From positions 35,321-99,320 of the forward strand of contig JBEKKR010000006.1 in assembly GCA_050010635.1 (NCBI GenBank): DNA of 64,000 nucleotides, read 5' to 3'. Below the pieces are notes generated by a model that saw only the letters and a program-made list of their open reading frames with translations, did no database searches and was not told the origin of the DNA. Shown piece by piece: positions 19,274-28,758 of this stretch (position 1 is the stretch's first letter; every line of letters begins with the position of its first letter). This DNA comes from Candidatus Limnocylindrales bacterium. Its GTDB lineage: Bacteria; Chloroflexota; Limnocylindria; Limnocylindrales; CSP1-4. A program made the position numbers and the translations under genes.

Positions 19274-20469
19274 AGATCGGCCTCGTCACGCCCTACGTCT
19301 ACCCCCTGCCGGGGGGCGTGAACGAGCACGTCCGCTTCCTCTACGAGAATCTCCGCCTGCGCGGCCACGACGTCCGTATCCTGACCAGCAGCCACGGCCT
19401 GCAGCGCTCGTCCGAGGGCGACGTGATACGCATCGGCAAGGGTTTCAGCGTCCCCAGTAACGGTTCGGTCGGGACGATCACTCTCTCGCCGCGATATGTG
19501 TCGCAGGTCCAGAAGGTCCTCGACCGCGAGAAGTTCGACCTGCTCCACTTCCACGAGCCCTTCGTGCCGTTCCTCTCGCTTGTGGTGCTGCGCCAATCAA
19601 CGAGCGTGAACATCGCGACCTTCCACGCGTACGCCGGCTTCTCGCCGGCGATGGAGCTCGGCAAGCGGACGCTCTCGCACTACGCCGCCAGGCTGCACGG
19701 CCGGATCGCCGTCAGTGCGGCCGCCCGCCACTTCGCCGACCGGTTCTTCCCGGGCGACTTCAAGGTCATCCCGAACGGCGTGAACGTCGGCCGCTATCAG
19801 CGGGCGGTCCCGATCGCACGCTGGCAGGACGGCACCCTCAACATCCTGTTCGTGGGGCGCCTGGAGGATCGCAAGGGCCTGCCCCACCTGTTGAAGGCCT
19901 ACCGCCTGGTCCGGAAGAGAGGCTTCGCATGCCGGCTCCTGGTCGTCGGATCGGGCCCGCAGGAGCGCGAGGCGCGCCGCTACGTCATGACCCGCGGCCT
20001 CCAGAACGTCGAGTTCCTGGGCCGGGTCAGCGATGCGGAGAAGGCCCAGCTCTTCAAGACGGCCGACGTCTTCGTGTCGCCGGCCACCGGACGCGAGTCG
20101 TTCGGGATCGTTCTGCTCGAAGCAATGGCCGCCGGAACGCCGATCGTCTGCAGCGACATCCACGGCTACAAGGGCGTGGTTCAGCGCGGGCGCCAGGCCA
20201 TTCTCGTGCCGCCGAGAGACTCCAAGGCGCTGGCCGCGGGCATCTCCGAGCTGCTGGCCGACCCGACCCTGCGAGAGCGCATGGGCGCCGAGGGGTTGGA
20301 ACGAGCCGCCCAGTTCAGCTGGGAGCACGTCACGGCCCGGGTGGAGGCCTACTACGGCTTCGTCATCCGCCGGCTCGCGGCCCAGGGCGCGCTCCCGTCC
20401 GGGTTCGCGGCCGAGATTCCGCCGGCACCGCCGGTGCTGCACCCGTCCCTGGCCGATCACGAGGGCTGA
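19270..20469 (+). CDS. GT4 glycosyltransferase, PimA-like (phosphatidylinositol alpha-mannosyltransferase candidate)
   Basis: The N-terminus MKIGLVTPYVYPLPGGVNEHV resembles mycobacterial PimA as I recall it. An E-x7-E region is present (ESFGIVLLEAMAAGTPIV). The GTG start overlaps the PHP gene stop (GTGA). Confidence 0.7.
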   Translation: MKIGLVTPYVYPLPGGVNEHVRFLYENLRLRGHDVRILTSSHGLQRSSEGDVIRIGKGFSVPSNGSVGTITLSPRYVSQVQKVLDREKFDLLHFHEPFVPFLSLVVLRQSTSVNIATFHAYAGFSPAMELGKRTLSHYAARLHGRIAVSAAARHFADRFFPGDFKVIPNGVNVGRYQRAVPIARWQDGTLNILFVGRLEDRKGLPHLLKAYRLVRKRGFACRLLVVGSGPQEREARRYVMTRGLQNVEFLGRVSDAEKAQLFKTADVFVSPATGRESFGIVLLEAMAAGTPIVCSDIHGYKGVVQRGRQAILVPPRDSKALAAGISELLADPTLRERMGAEGLERAAQFSWEHVTARVEAYYGFVIRRLAAQGALPSGFAAEIPPAPPVLHPSLADHEG

Positions 20470-20533
20470 TCCGGCCGAATCCCCGGTCGGCGCGCGAGAT
20501 CGTCCTGGCAGGGTGGCCCGCCGAACGCCCGGC

Positions 20534-23500
20534 TCAGGAGCGGGGCTTGTCCTTGCGCGAGCGCCTCGGTGCGGGACCTTCCGTGGGGCCCGCCGAGTCG
20601 CCGGCGACGGCCGACTCAGGGCCCGTCGACTCGCTTACCGCGGTCGCCTCGGCCGCGCCTTCGGCCTCAGTTCCGGTCCCGGCATCGCCCGAAAGCCGCA
20701 GCCAGCGGCGGTAGCCGACCACGACCCGCCGCTCCCACGCAGCCCAGGCGAAGAAGCCGGCCACGAAGAGCGCCACCATCGTCAGGAGGATCGACCATGT
20801 GCCGAAGAGCTGGACCGAGGCCCCCTCCTGCTGGTTGACGGAGAACTGGAAGCCGTAGAACCAGGTCGGCAGGAGCGCCTCATAGACGTTGATGATCTTG
20901 TTCGGCAGGGGCAGAGCCGACAGGTTCGGATACAGGACCAGGAACGTCACGATGACGGCGGCGCAGACCCCCAGCACGAACCGGCGCGGGTTCCTGGCCG
21001 TCAGGGCGATGAAGGCCACCACCGCCAGGACGGGCAGCAGCACCCAGGTGATCGCGTCCGACGGCAGGGCCGCCCCGAAGACCGTGTCGCGCGATCCGTT
21101 CGTGCCGAACCACCCCAGCAGGGCGCCGGCGACGCCGACGGGCAGGAGCAGCTGGAGGATCCACAGCGGGTCCTCCTCGCCGGCGTTCTGGCGCCGCTCG
21201 AGCCGCCACAGGATCAGGGCGAGCGCGATCAGCGCGACGACGAGGACGATGGCGACCTCCAGCATGCGCGTCTCGATGCGCACGTCGCCCGTGCCGTTGC
21301 CGCAGATGGTGTTGCCCCAGTAGTCGCCGGGAGAGACCCGGGCGAGGCCGCACAGCGGGTACTTGAGCAGCCATGCAGCCGCGGGGAAGATCAGGGCCCC
21401 GGCCCCGGCCGCCCTCGCCAGCAGCCACGTCCGGCGGGACGGTCCGTGCCACAGCTCCGCGAGGAAGTAGGCCAGCGCTAACAAGAAGAACGGCAGGGCG
21501 GTGTAGAAGTGGTATTGGAACGACGCCCGGTCGATGCGCGCCCACGACAGCCATTGCCAGAAGAAGGCCACGACGACCAGGGTCAGGCCGAGGCTCCGCC
21601 GCTTGAAGGCCTGCCACGTGACGAAGGCCATGGCGAAGATCGCCATCCACCATATCGCGGGGTTGCCGCCGTCGTAGATCATGGTGCCGAGGTCGTTGGC
21701 GTAGGTCTGGTTCTCGAACCAGACGGGCTTGAGATCCATCGGCCAGGCCCACCACGGTGACGACGCCGCGTGCGGCTGCCGCAGGTCGTTGTGGTAGTTG
21801 TACATGCTGATCGTCAGGTTCCAGAGGTTCTGGCCGGTGTGCCCGGCCGGCCAGGCGTTGTCGCACACGCCCGTCGTCGGATCCGTGTGCCAGCAGGCGA
21901 TCGCCGGCAGCTGGCCCGTCGCGTCGGTCTGGGGCTGCCACGGCATGGACCACGGTATGTAGAGCATCACGTAGATCACGATCGGCAGGATCAGCACGCA
22001 GGCGGCCATCCAGGCGGCCGGAAGGCCGAAGCCCGTGCCGAGGCGGAGCCAGCCCTTTGGGGCGGGCGCCGGCGGGTCGGCGAACCTCGCCGGATCGTTC
22101 GGTCCGGGCGGCGGCGCCAGCGGTCCAAAGCCGAGCGTGCCGGCAAACCAGAAGGCCGCGGCGATGGCAGGACCGGCCGCGATCGCCACGGCGCCGACCG
22201 CCAGAGCGAGCCCGTTGCCGCGCAGGACGCCGTCCAGAGCGGCCAGCACGCCGATCACGACCGGCGCTCCGATCGCGAACCACAGCTCCTCGTGTGTCCA
22301 GGCGATCGGGTGGTACGCGTTCGCGGCGGCGGCGAGGGCCATGACCGACAGCATGATGACGAAGAAAGTGTAGTTCGGGGCGCCGTTCTGGAGCGCGCCC
22401 GGCGACATCGTCAGGCCGGCACCCACCAGGGCGGCCGCCACCAGCGCGGTCACGACGCCGATCAGCGCCCTATCGGCCGTCGCGCGGACCGACATCGCCC
22501 ACACGAAGCCGCCGATGACGACGAACGGGGCGAGACCGATCAGGAGGATCACCGCCGCGGGGTTGCCCGTGTTCGGCTCCGTGACCATCTCGCCGATGGC
22601 CATCCAACCCAGGACGCCGGTGCCCCCGGCCAGTCCGAGAATGGCGATCAGCCGGCCCAGCGCCGACCGGATCAGGATCAGGACGCCGATGCTGGCGATG
22701 GCATACAAGGCCACCCATTTGGAGGCCAGGGCGAATCCCAGGATCACGCCCATGACCGGCATGCCCAGCCAGAAGGCCACCCGGCTCTTCCAGACATCCA
22801 GCCAGAGGAGGGCGAAGAGCAGGTAGGCGAGTAACAGGAAGCCGCCCACGTACGTGTCGTTCATGGCGATGCGCGACTGGACGAAGAGCATCCCGTCGGT
22901 CATCGAGAAGAGTGCCACGAGCAGGCCGATCGACCGGCGCTTGAACAGGAGCCGTGCCAGCAGGTACAGGCAGACCGCCATCAGGGCGCCGAAGAGGACG
23001 CCCATGATGCGCCACGAGAACGCGAACTGGCCGACGTCCACGGTCGCCATCGATCCATCCGGGGCGACCGCGAGGACCTGCTCGTGATCGGTGTCCGGCA
23101 TCATCGGGCTCGAGTCGAGACCGATGGCGACAGGCTGGAACGGCAGCCTGGCATCTGAGAAGACGGCGTTGCCGTTGGTCTCGATCGCGTAGACCGTCCA
23201 GCCAGTTCCGTCCGGCGTGCGACCCAGGACCTGGGCGACGCGGGTGGCCCTGTCGAAGACGACCTGCGTGACGGCGCCCGGCATCTTCTTGAGGATCTGG
23301 TTCGGCTCCTTGGTCACGGTCCATGGAGATGTCGTCGAATCGATGTGAAGGAGGACCAGCGAGTCGCCCGCGGTCACGTAGGAGGACTGGCTGCCGTTGA
23401 TGCTTGTGCCCTGGAGACCCGAGTAGTTGATCGCGATCGATGTCGCTGGAGCATCCGTCGCGAGCGTCGAGGTGATGACGAGGGTACGGGCGTTCACGAA

Positions 23501-26500
23501 GCCGATGCCGTTCTGGTAGGCCACCATGACCTGCGGCGTACCCGACTGGACGGCGATGTCGGGCGCCAGTCCCTGGGTGATCAGCGCCTGGACGGCCGAT
23601 ATCTGACTCGAGGTGAGCGGACCGAAGTCGAGGGCCTGGGAGATCCCGGCGGCGAACACCTGGTCGAGGGCGGACTGGACCACGGCCTGATCCAGCCCGA
23701 GGGCGGTGGCCAGGGCCTGGACCTCCGCGAGCGGGGTCGTCCCGGTCGGGCTGGAGGACGCGGTGTCGGTGGGGCTCGAAGAGGGCGTGTCGGTCGGAGT
23801 GGCCGAGGGCGTGTCGGTCGGACTGCTCGACTGCGAAGTGGCCGGCTCCTTGACCAGGCTGGACGGCCCGACGCCGAGATCCGCGAAGTCGGCGACCCCC
23901 GGGACTAGGCCGGTGGCGACGACAGTGCCGCCGTTCTTGCTCAGGTCGATCGAGACCATGTTGCCGGTTGCGTCGGCTGCCAGCAGGTAGGGCGGCGTGC
24001 CGGCGTAGAGACGAGCGATCGACAGGCCCGTGTTCACGGCCATCTGCTTGGGCGGAGCGATCGCGTTCGAGTTGCCGAGCCGGACATCATCGAGATTGTT
24101 CGTGTCGATGGTGTAGACCCGCCCATCCGAGCTGCCCACGTAGAGGAGCCCGGTGGAGCCGATGTCCGAGAAGGCCGACGCGCCCGGGATTCCGTATTGC
24201 CCGACCAGGGCCCTGGTTTCGAGGTCGTAGACCCGGACTTCCGATCCCGTGGCGACGAATATGCGGTCGCCGTAGCGGGCGTCCGTGTTCTGGGCGTCGG
24301 GGTTGTTCGGATCGGCCAGCGGCGAGGCCGCGGTTCGCGGTTGGACGAGGATGTCCTTGACGGAGGAATCGAGCGCGCCGCTGGCGGTGACCTTGTCGTC
24401 CGAGAAGAGCGTGATCCCGGCCGCGATGCCGTACTTGGCCACGTGCGGGTGAGTCCACTCGTATACGTAGCCCCCCGGGAGGTTGTAAGGAATCCCGTAC
24501 CGCCAGTCCTGCAGGAACTCGGTCGCCGTCCGGGCGTGATACACCTCATCGAAGTGCATCTGCTGCGGCTCGCCCAGGCGATAGACCCGCATGGACAGGA
24601 CGACCACCACGAGGGCCACGACGACCCAGATGTCCAGCTTGTCGAGGCGACCTCGGGGCTCCGAATCGATCGAGGCGGACCGGTCGGGATGAGTCGACGG
24701 GCGAGCCAGGCGGTGCCACAGCCTCATGACCCACGCCGGCACGTAGAGCGGCCGGTCGGGCTCTTCGAGGTAGCCGGACTCGTCGACCCACCCTGCCTCT
24801 TCCTCGGTGTAATCGAAGTCGTACACGCCGCCCGGCGCGTAGCCCGGGCCCTCGGCGGCGAGCGGTGCCGCGGCCACCAGGCCGGTCCCGGGGACCGGCG
24901 CAGCGGCCGGCGGGGCGGCCGAGGCGGCATCCAGCGGCGGTTCGCCGGCGTACCACCCATCGCCGGCGGCTTCTGCTGGATACACCGGAATGGTCGACCA
25001 CCACAGCGACGACTCGGGCTCCAGCGCCGCCCGAGCCACCTCGCGGTCCAGTGCCTCGACGGCTCGCGGGCGGAGCTGGAGCAGGGCCCAGGCCATCGCC
25101 AGACCCGTGGTTACGCCGCAGACCCAGATCGGCCAGATGACCCCGCCCTCCCACTGGGCGTTCAGCAGGCCCGTCCCCCAATCGTTGAGCGTTTGGGCCA
25201 GGGAGCCGTCCCCCGCCGGGATGCCCTGGTACTGGACGAGCACGGCAAGCAGGTTCGCGGAGTTGACGACGGCGAGGACCGCGTAGGTGAGGCTCCACCG
25301 CCAGGAGACCGCCAACAGGACGGCGCCGAGGCCGAAGAACGGGAAGAGATAGCGCTCGTGGGCTCGCGTCGGGACGACGAAGAACGCAATGGCCAGAATC
25401 GTCAGGGCGACCAGAAGCGACTGGGCGTCGTCCCGCCAGGCGGCCCACAGGCCGACCCCGAGCAGGACGGCGACGAGCAGGACGTCGCCTAGGATGACCG
25501 CATACAGCTGTCCGGAGAGGCTCGCCACGACCACGCCGGCGACCACTGCCGCGACGACGACCGAGGCGCCCCAAAGGCCGCCCAGCTCCGCAGCCGCCGC
25601 CCGCATGGCGCGAGCCCGGTTCCCGGGGGCCACCGGGGCCGTCCCGGCCCCTTCGGTGACCTCGTTCCTGCGGGTCCACAGCCGGGCCGCGAACGCGGCG
25701 ACGACGAGGAGGGCGACGGCGGCCAGTACGAGGGCGACGGTCTCACCCGAGAAAGGGCCGATGACGTAGCCCGGGCCGCTCACTCCGGACTTGGCATCCG
25801 TCCAGGGTGCGTCGTGGAGCCAGGCGTGGGTGCGGTCCATGGCATTGACGCCGTCGGCAACGAGAGCCCACGGGTTGTAGGCGTTGAGCGTCAGGTACGG
25901 GTACTCGCCGAAGGTCGAGAGCATGTGGCTGGCGATCGAGTCGAAGACCATCCCGGAGAAGGCCACGACCGTTCCGATGCCAAGCAGGGCCGACGCTTGC
26001 GTCCGGCGAGCCGCCTCGGCGAGGGGCAGGTATCGCCGGCCAAGGCTGAAGACTCCGACTCCGGCCACAAGCCCGGCGGCGATCGTCAGAAGCCCCGGGC
26101 CCGTGCCGATCCGTTGCACGGCGCCCCCGAAGTCCAGGCCCGTGAACGGCAGGCAGACGAGGGCCCCGGTGAGCAGGCCGGCCCCGACCGAGCTCAGCAC
26201 CCGCTCCGGCTGGCGCTCGCCCATCTTCGGCAGCAGCGACCGGCGGAGCACGACGAAGCCGACGACGAAGCCGAGGATGCCGAGCTGCATCTTCGTGAGC
26301 GCGGCCAGGACCGCCAGCGCCGAGGCAGTTTCGCGTCGATCCTTCTGGAGCTCGCGCAGGCCCAGCAGCAGGAGTATCGACCCCACCGAATCTGCCTGGC
26401 CCCAAATGGAGCTGTTGAACCAGGTGATCGGGTTGACCAGGACGATCAAGGCAACGAGGAAGGCCCGCCGGCGGTTGACCCCGAGCTCCTGGGCCATGAG

Positions 26501-26884
26501 CCAGACGACGGCTGCGAGCCCAAGGTCCGCCAGCATGGGAACGAGCTTCACGACCTCGCCGATGCTCCCGCCGGTTAGGAGACTGACCGCCCCGAGCAGC
26601 AGCAGATAAACGGGCGGATAGTCGATGAAGCTCTGCCGATCGTAGAAGCCGATCGGGCCGTGCCTGGCGATGTCGTTGGCCCAGGCCTGGAACGCACCGA
26701 GGTCGTTTGGAAAACCCGACCCCGGAAAGAGGACGTATGCGATGATGAAGCGGAGGACGAAACCCAAGGCCAGGAGAGCGACGATGGCGGGAATCCCGGT
26801 GACGGCACCACTCGTGACGGCACTTATCGTTCCTGCCGACGCGCGCCCCCGTGGGCTGCCCTCACGCAAACTCGGTCCTGCCAA
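20534..26884 (-). CDS. 2116-aa polytopic membrane protein: fusion of two GT-C-type glycosyltransferase modules with a large extracytoplasmic insertion
   Basis: Module 1 (aa 1 to ~604, nt 25073-26884) has many hydrophobic helices. Its first loop, FPNDLGAFQAW...DYPPVY, resembles PIG-V/Gpi18- or DUF2029-type enzymes. An acidic/Pro-rich linker follows (aa ~605-745). Module 2 (aa ~745-2116) is PMT/GT39-like: HFDEVYHARTA (DE motif, M776 at nt 24557-24559), THPHVAKY, FSMTDGMLFVQSRIAMNDTY and the C-terminal HAASSPWWAWPMDLKPVWF. A ~460-aa non-membrane insert splits module 2. The TTG start at 26884 is uncertain. Confidence 0.75.
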   Translation of the reverse strand: MAGPSLREGSPRGRASAGTISAVTSGAVTGIPAIVALLALGFVLRFIIAYVLFPGSGFPNDLGAFQAWANDIARHGPIGFYDRQSFIDYPPVYLLLLGAVSLLTGGSIGEVVKLVPMLADLGLAAVVWLMAQELGVNRRRAFLVALIVLVNPITWFNSSIWGQADSVGSILLLLGLRELQKDRRETASALAVLAALTKMQLGILGFVVGFVVLRRSLLPKMGERQPERVLSSVGAGLLTGALVCLPFTGLDFGGAVQRIGTGPGLLTIAAGLVAGVGVFSLGRRYLPLAEAARRTQASALLGIGTVVAFSGMVFDSIASHMLSTFGEYPYLTLNAYNPWALVADGVNAMDRTHAWLHDAPWTDAKSGVSGPGYVIGPFSGETVALVLAAVALLVVAAFAARLWTRRNEVTEGAGTAPVAPGNRARAMRAAAAELGGLWGASVVVAAVVAGVVVASLSGQLYAVILGDVLLVAVLLGVGLWAAWRDDAQSLLVALTILAIAFFVVPTRAHERYLFPFFGLGAVLLAVSWRWSLTYAVLAVVNSANLLAVLVQYQGIPAGDGSLAQTLNDWGTGLLNAQWEGGVIWPIWVCGVTTGLAMAWALLQLRPRAVEALDREVARAALEPESSLWWSTIPVYPAEAAGDGWYAGEPPLDAASAAPPAAAPVPGTGLVAAAPLAAEGPGYAPGGVYDFDYTEEEAGWVDESGYLEEPDRPLYVPAWVMRLWHRLARPSTHPDRSASIDSEPRGRLDKLDIWVVVALVVVVLSMRVYRLGEPQQMHFDEVYHARTATEFLQDWRYGIPYNLPGGYVYEWTHPHVAKYGIAAGITLFSDDKVTASGALDSSVKDILVQPRTAASPLADPNNPDAQNTDARYGDRIFVATGSEVRVYDLETRALVGQYGIPGASAFSDIGSTGLLYVGSSDGRVYTIDTNNLDDVRLGNSNAIAPPKQMAVNTGLSIARLYAGTPPYLLAADATGNMVSIDLSKNGGTVVATGLVPGVADFADLGVGPSSLVKEPATSQSSSPTDTPSATPTDTPSSSPTDTASSSPTGTTPLAEVQALATALGLDQAVVQSALDQVFAAGISQALDFGPLTSSQISAVQALITQGLAPDIAVQSGTPQVMVAYQNGIGFVNARTLVITSTLATDAPATSIAINYSGLQGTSINGSQSSYVTAGDSLVLLHIDSTTSPWTVTKEPNQILKKMPGAVTQVVFDRATRVAQVLGRTPDGTGWTVYAIETNGNAVFSDARLPFQPVAIGLDSSPMMPDTDHEQVLAVAPDGSMATVDVGQFAFSWRIMGVLFGALMAVCLYLLARLLFKRRSIGLLVALFSMTDGMLFVQSRIAMNDTYVGGFLLLAYLLFALLWLDVWKSRVAFWLGMPVMGVILGFALASKWVALYAIASIGVLILIRSALGRLIAILGLAGGTGVLGWMAIGEMVTEPNTGNPAAVILLIGLAPFVVIGGFVWAMSVRATADRALIGVVTALVAAALVGAGLTMSPGALQNGAPNYTFFVIMLSVMALAAAANAYHPIAWTHEELWFAIGAPVVIGVLAALDGVLRGNGLALAVGAVAIAAGPAIAAAFWFAGTLGFGPLAPPPGPNDPARFADPPAPAPKGWLRLGTGFGLPAAWMAACVLILPIVIYVMLYIPWSMPWQPQTDATGQLPAIACWHTDPTTGVCDNAWPAGHTGQNLWNLTISMYNYHNDLRQPHAASSPWWAWPMDLKPVWFENQTYANDLGTMIYDGGNPAIWWMAIFAMAFVTWQAFKRRSLGLTLVVVAFFWQWLSWARIDRASFQYHFYTALPFFLLALAYFLAELWHGPSRRTWLLARAAGAGALIFPAAAWLLKYPLCGLARVSPGDYWGNTICGNGTGDVRIETRMLEVAIVLVVALIALALILWRLERRQNAGEEDPLWILQLLLPVGVAGALLGWFGTNGSRDTVFGAALPSDAITWVLLPVLAVVAFIALTARNPRRFVLGVCAAVIVTFLVLYPNLSALPLPNKIINVYEALLPTWFYGFQFSVNQQEGASVQLFGTWSILLTMVALFVAGFFAWAAWERRVVVGYRRWLRLSGDAGTGTEAEGAAEATAVSESTGPESAVAGDSAGPTEGPAPRRSRKDKPRS
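23732..23839 (-). repeat. in-frame Ser/Thr/Pro-rich reiterated linker inside the giant GT-C gene
   Basis: Encodes TSQSSSPTDTPSATPTDTPSSSPTDTASSSPTGTTP (aa 1016-1051) with repeated PTDT(P/A)S units. Confidence 0.8.
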
Positions 26885-26943
26885 CCGATACGGCCTCCTG
26901 GGCGAGCGCTGAGGTGGAGCGGAGTATAACCCAGCCCGAAGGT

Positions 26944-28758
26944 ATGGACGGCGGGCGGGTCCCGGCGGTGCCCGGGCCGCGAATGTCCGAGGAGGCGCCG
27001 GCTGAGGAGGCCGAAGAGCCGGCCGAATCGTTCGACCGGGCAGCGTGGGGCCGGATTCTGTGGGGCATCGGTCTCGTGGTGGTCTGCCTGGTCGTCTACT
27101 ACCTGAGCCAGCCGAATCGCGGCAATCCCTATCTGCATTTCGTGCTCCAGGCCCAGGCCTGGCTGGATGGGAAGACGGCGATTCCGCTGCCCCAGTACCA
27201 GGACGTGATGCCGATCCTCGACGCCGACGGCGCTCCGACGGGCGACGGCATCATCCCCTTCCCGCCCTTCCCGGCCTGGGTCCTGCTGCCCTTCGTCTCG
27301 ATCTGGAACCTGGCCACGAACGAGCAACTGCTGGCCGTGGTCTTCTCCGCGATCGACGTCGGCATCGCCTACTGGATGCTCGGGTACCTGCCGGTCCGCC
27401 AGGCCGTTCGGGTGCTCACCTCGCTCTTCCTCGGTCTGGGCACCGTGTTGTGGTACACGGCGGCCATCGGCTCCACGTGGTTCTGGGCCCACGTCGTGGC
27501 CGTGGGCTGCCTCCTTCTGTCGGTCGGCCTGGCCCTGCGCGCCGACCGCGACGCCGCGCAGCCCGTGCCGGCGCGGGACTTCATCGGGAGGGTCCGGCGG
27601 TCCAGCTGGCCGGGCGGCTGGAAGTCCGCCGTCCTGCTGGTCGCGCTGGGTGCTGCGGGCGAGACTCTCTTCCTCCTGGCAGGGGCGAATACTCCGGCCG
27701 CCGCCCTGACCGCGGTCGGCGTGCTGTTCAGCGTGGTCGCCGTGACGATCGCGGTCGTCGTCGCGGGGCGGCCCGGTGTCGTGGCGCCGTTCGCGATTGC
27801 CGTCGCGGTCGTCGGCGGGATCCCCCTCGTGGTCATCGGCGGCGCCAGCGAGAAGCTCGTGATCGCCGTCGTCGATCTCATCCTGATCCTGGTCGTGTTC
27901 GTGCTGTGGTGGTTCAGCCGGCGCAAGGGCGGGAGGGTGGATCGGGGTCTCTCGTCGCTCTCGGCCGCCCTGTCGAGCCCCGAGGCGCTGCAGGTCGCCG
28001 CCGGCATCCTGTTCGGGCTGGCCGTGACGGCCCGGCTGACGATCCTGTTCGGCTTCCCGTTCCTGATGCTCGTGGGCGGCGGTGGCAGCCGGCTGCGAAG
28101 GACCATGCTGGCCGGCGCCGGAGCGGCCGTCCCGCTCGTTACTCTCCTCGTCGTCACGTACGCGACCAGCGGCCATCTCTTCAACCCGGCCTACGACTAC
28201 CTGTACCACTACGAGGTCTCGACGGGCGCCTTCAACTACAACGCGGACTGGTCGATCACGGATATTCGCTACATCCCGCAGAACCTGGCGATCATGCTGT
28301 TCAGCGTGCCGCGGATCATGCCCGACTTCTACTCCATCTACCCCAACGGATCCGCCGGCACGGCCCTGTGCGTCGCCGGGACCGCCCGCGGCCTCTTCGA
28401 CCAGGGCTGCCCGCTGGCGATGCCCGACGCGATCGGCACGAGCATCATCCTGACCAGCCCGGCCTACCTTCTCGCCCCGCTCGCCTGGCGCCCCATCCGG
28501 CACCTGCAAATCGACCGGGTCACGGCCGGGGCCTCGATCGCCGTCGTGGACATCGCCATCGTCAACCTGATGCATTTCAGCCAGGGCTGGGTCCAGTTCG
28601 GCTACCGTTTCAGCAACGATTTCGTGCCGTTTGCCCTGATCCTGGTGGCCCTGGGTGCAAGCCGGCTGGGCCGGCTGTGGCCGCTGGTCCTGCTCGTCGG
28701 AATGTCGATCGTCGTGAACCTGTGGGGCACGATATGGGGAGTGATGCTTGGCTGGTGA
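26944..28758 (+). CDS. polytopic membrane protein, GT-C-like glycosyltransferase candidate (family unresolved)
   Basis: It has many hydrophobic helices. The first loop after TM1 is long and contains acidic residues (QYQDVMPILDADG). It is divergent from the giant GT-C gene across ~60 bp. The start is ATG 26944 or ATG 26983. Confidence 0.55.
   Translation: MDGGRVPAVPGPRMSEEAPAEEAEEPAESFDRAAWGRILWGIGLVVVCLVVYYLSQPNRGNPYLHFVLQAQAWLDGKTAIPLPQYQDVMPILDADGAPTGDGIIPFPPFPAWVLLPFVSIWNLATNEQLLAVVFSAIDVGIAYWMLGYLPVRQAVRVLTSLFLGLGTVLWYTAAIGSTWFWAHVVAVGCLLLSVGLALRADRDAAQPVPARDFIGRVRRSSWPGGWKSAVLLVALGAAGETLFLLAGANTPAAALTAVGVLFSVVAVTIAVVVAGRPGVVAPFAIAVAVVGGIPLVVIGGASEKLVIAVVDLILILVVFVLWWFSRRKGGRVDRGLSSLSAALSSPEALQVAAGILFGLAVTARLTILFGFPFLMLVGGGGSRLRRTMLAGAGAAVPLVTLLVVTYATSGHLFNPAYDYLYHYEVSTGAFNYNADWSITDIRYIPQNLAIMLFSVPRIMPDFYSIYPNGSAGTALCVAGTARGLFDQGCPLAMPDAIGTSIILTSPAYLLAPLAWRPIRHLQIDRVTAGASIAVVDIAIVNLMHFSQGWVQFGYRFSNDFVPFALILVALGASRLGRLWPLVLLVGMSIVVNLWGTIWGVMLGW

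Noticed and set aside
20880-25679. Several 280-470-aa alternative-frame ORFs on both strands inside the giant GT-C gene (for example 20880-22283, 22470-23324, 24546-25679 and 24197-25492)
   Set aside because: All are Arg/Pro/Gly-rich with no hydrophobic periodicity. The 20534-26884 frame alone gives coherent TM helices and GT39 motifs.
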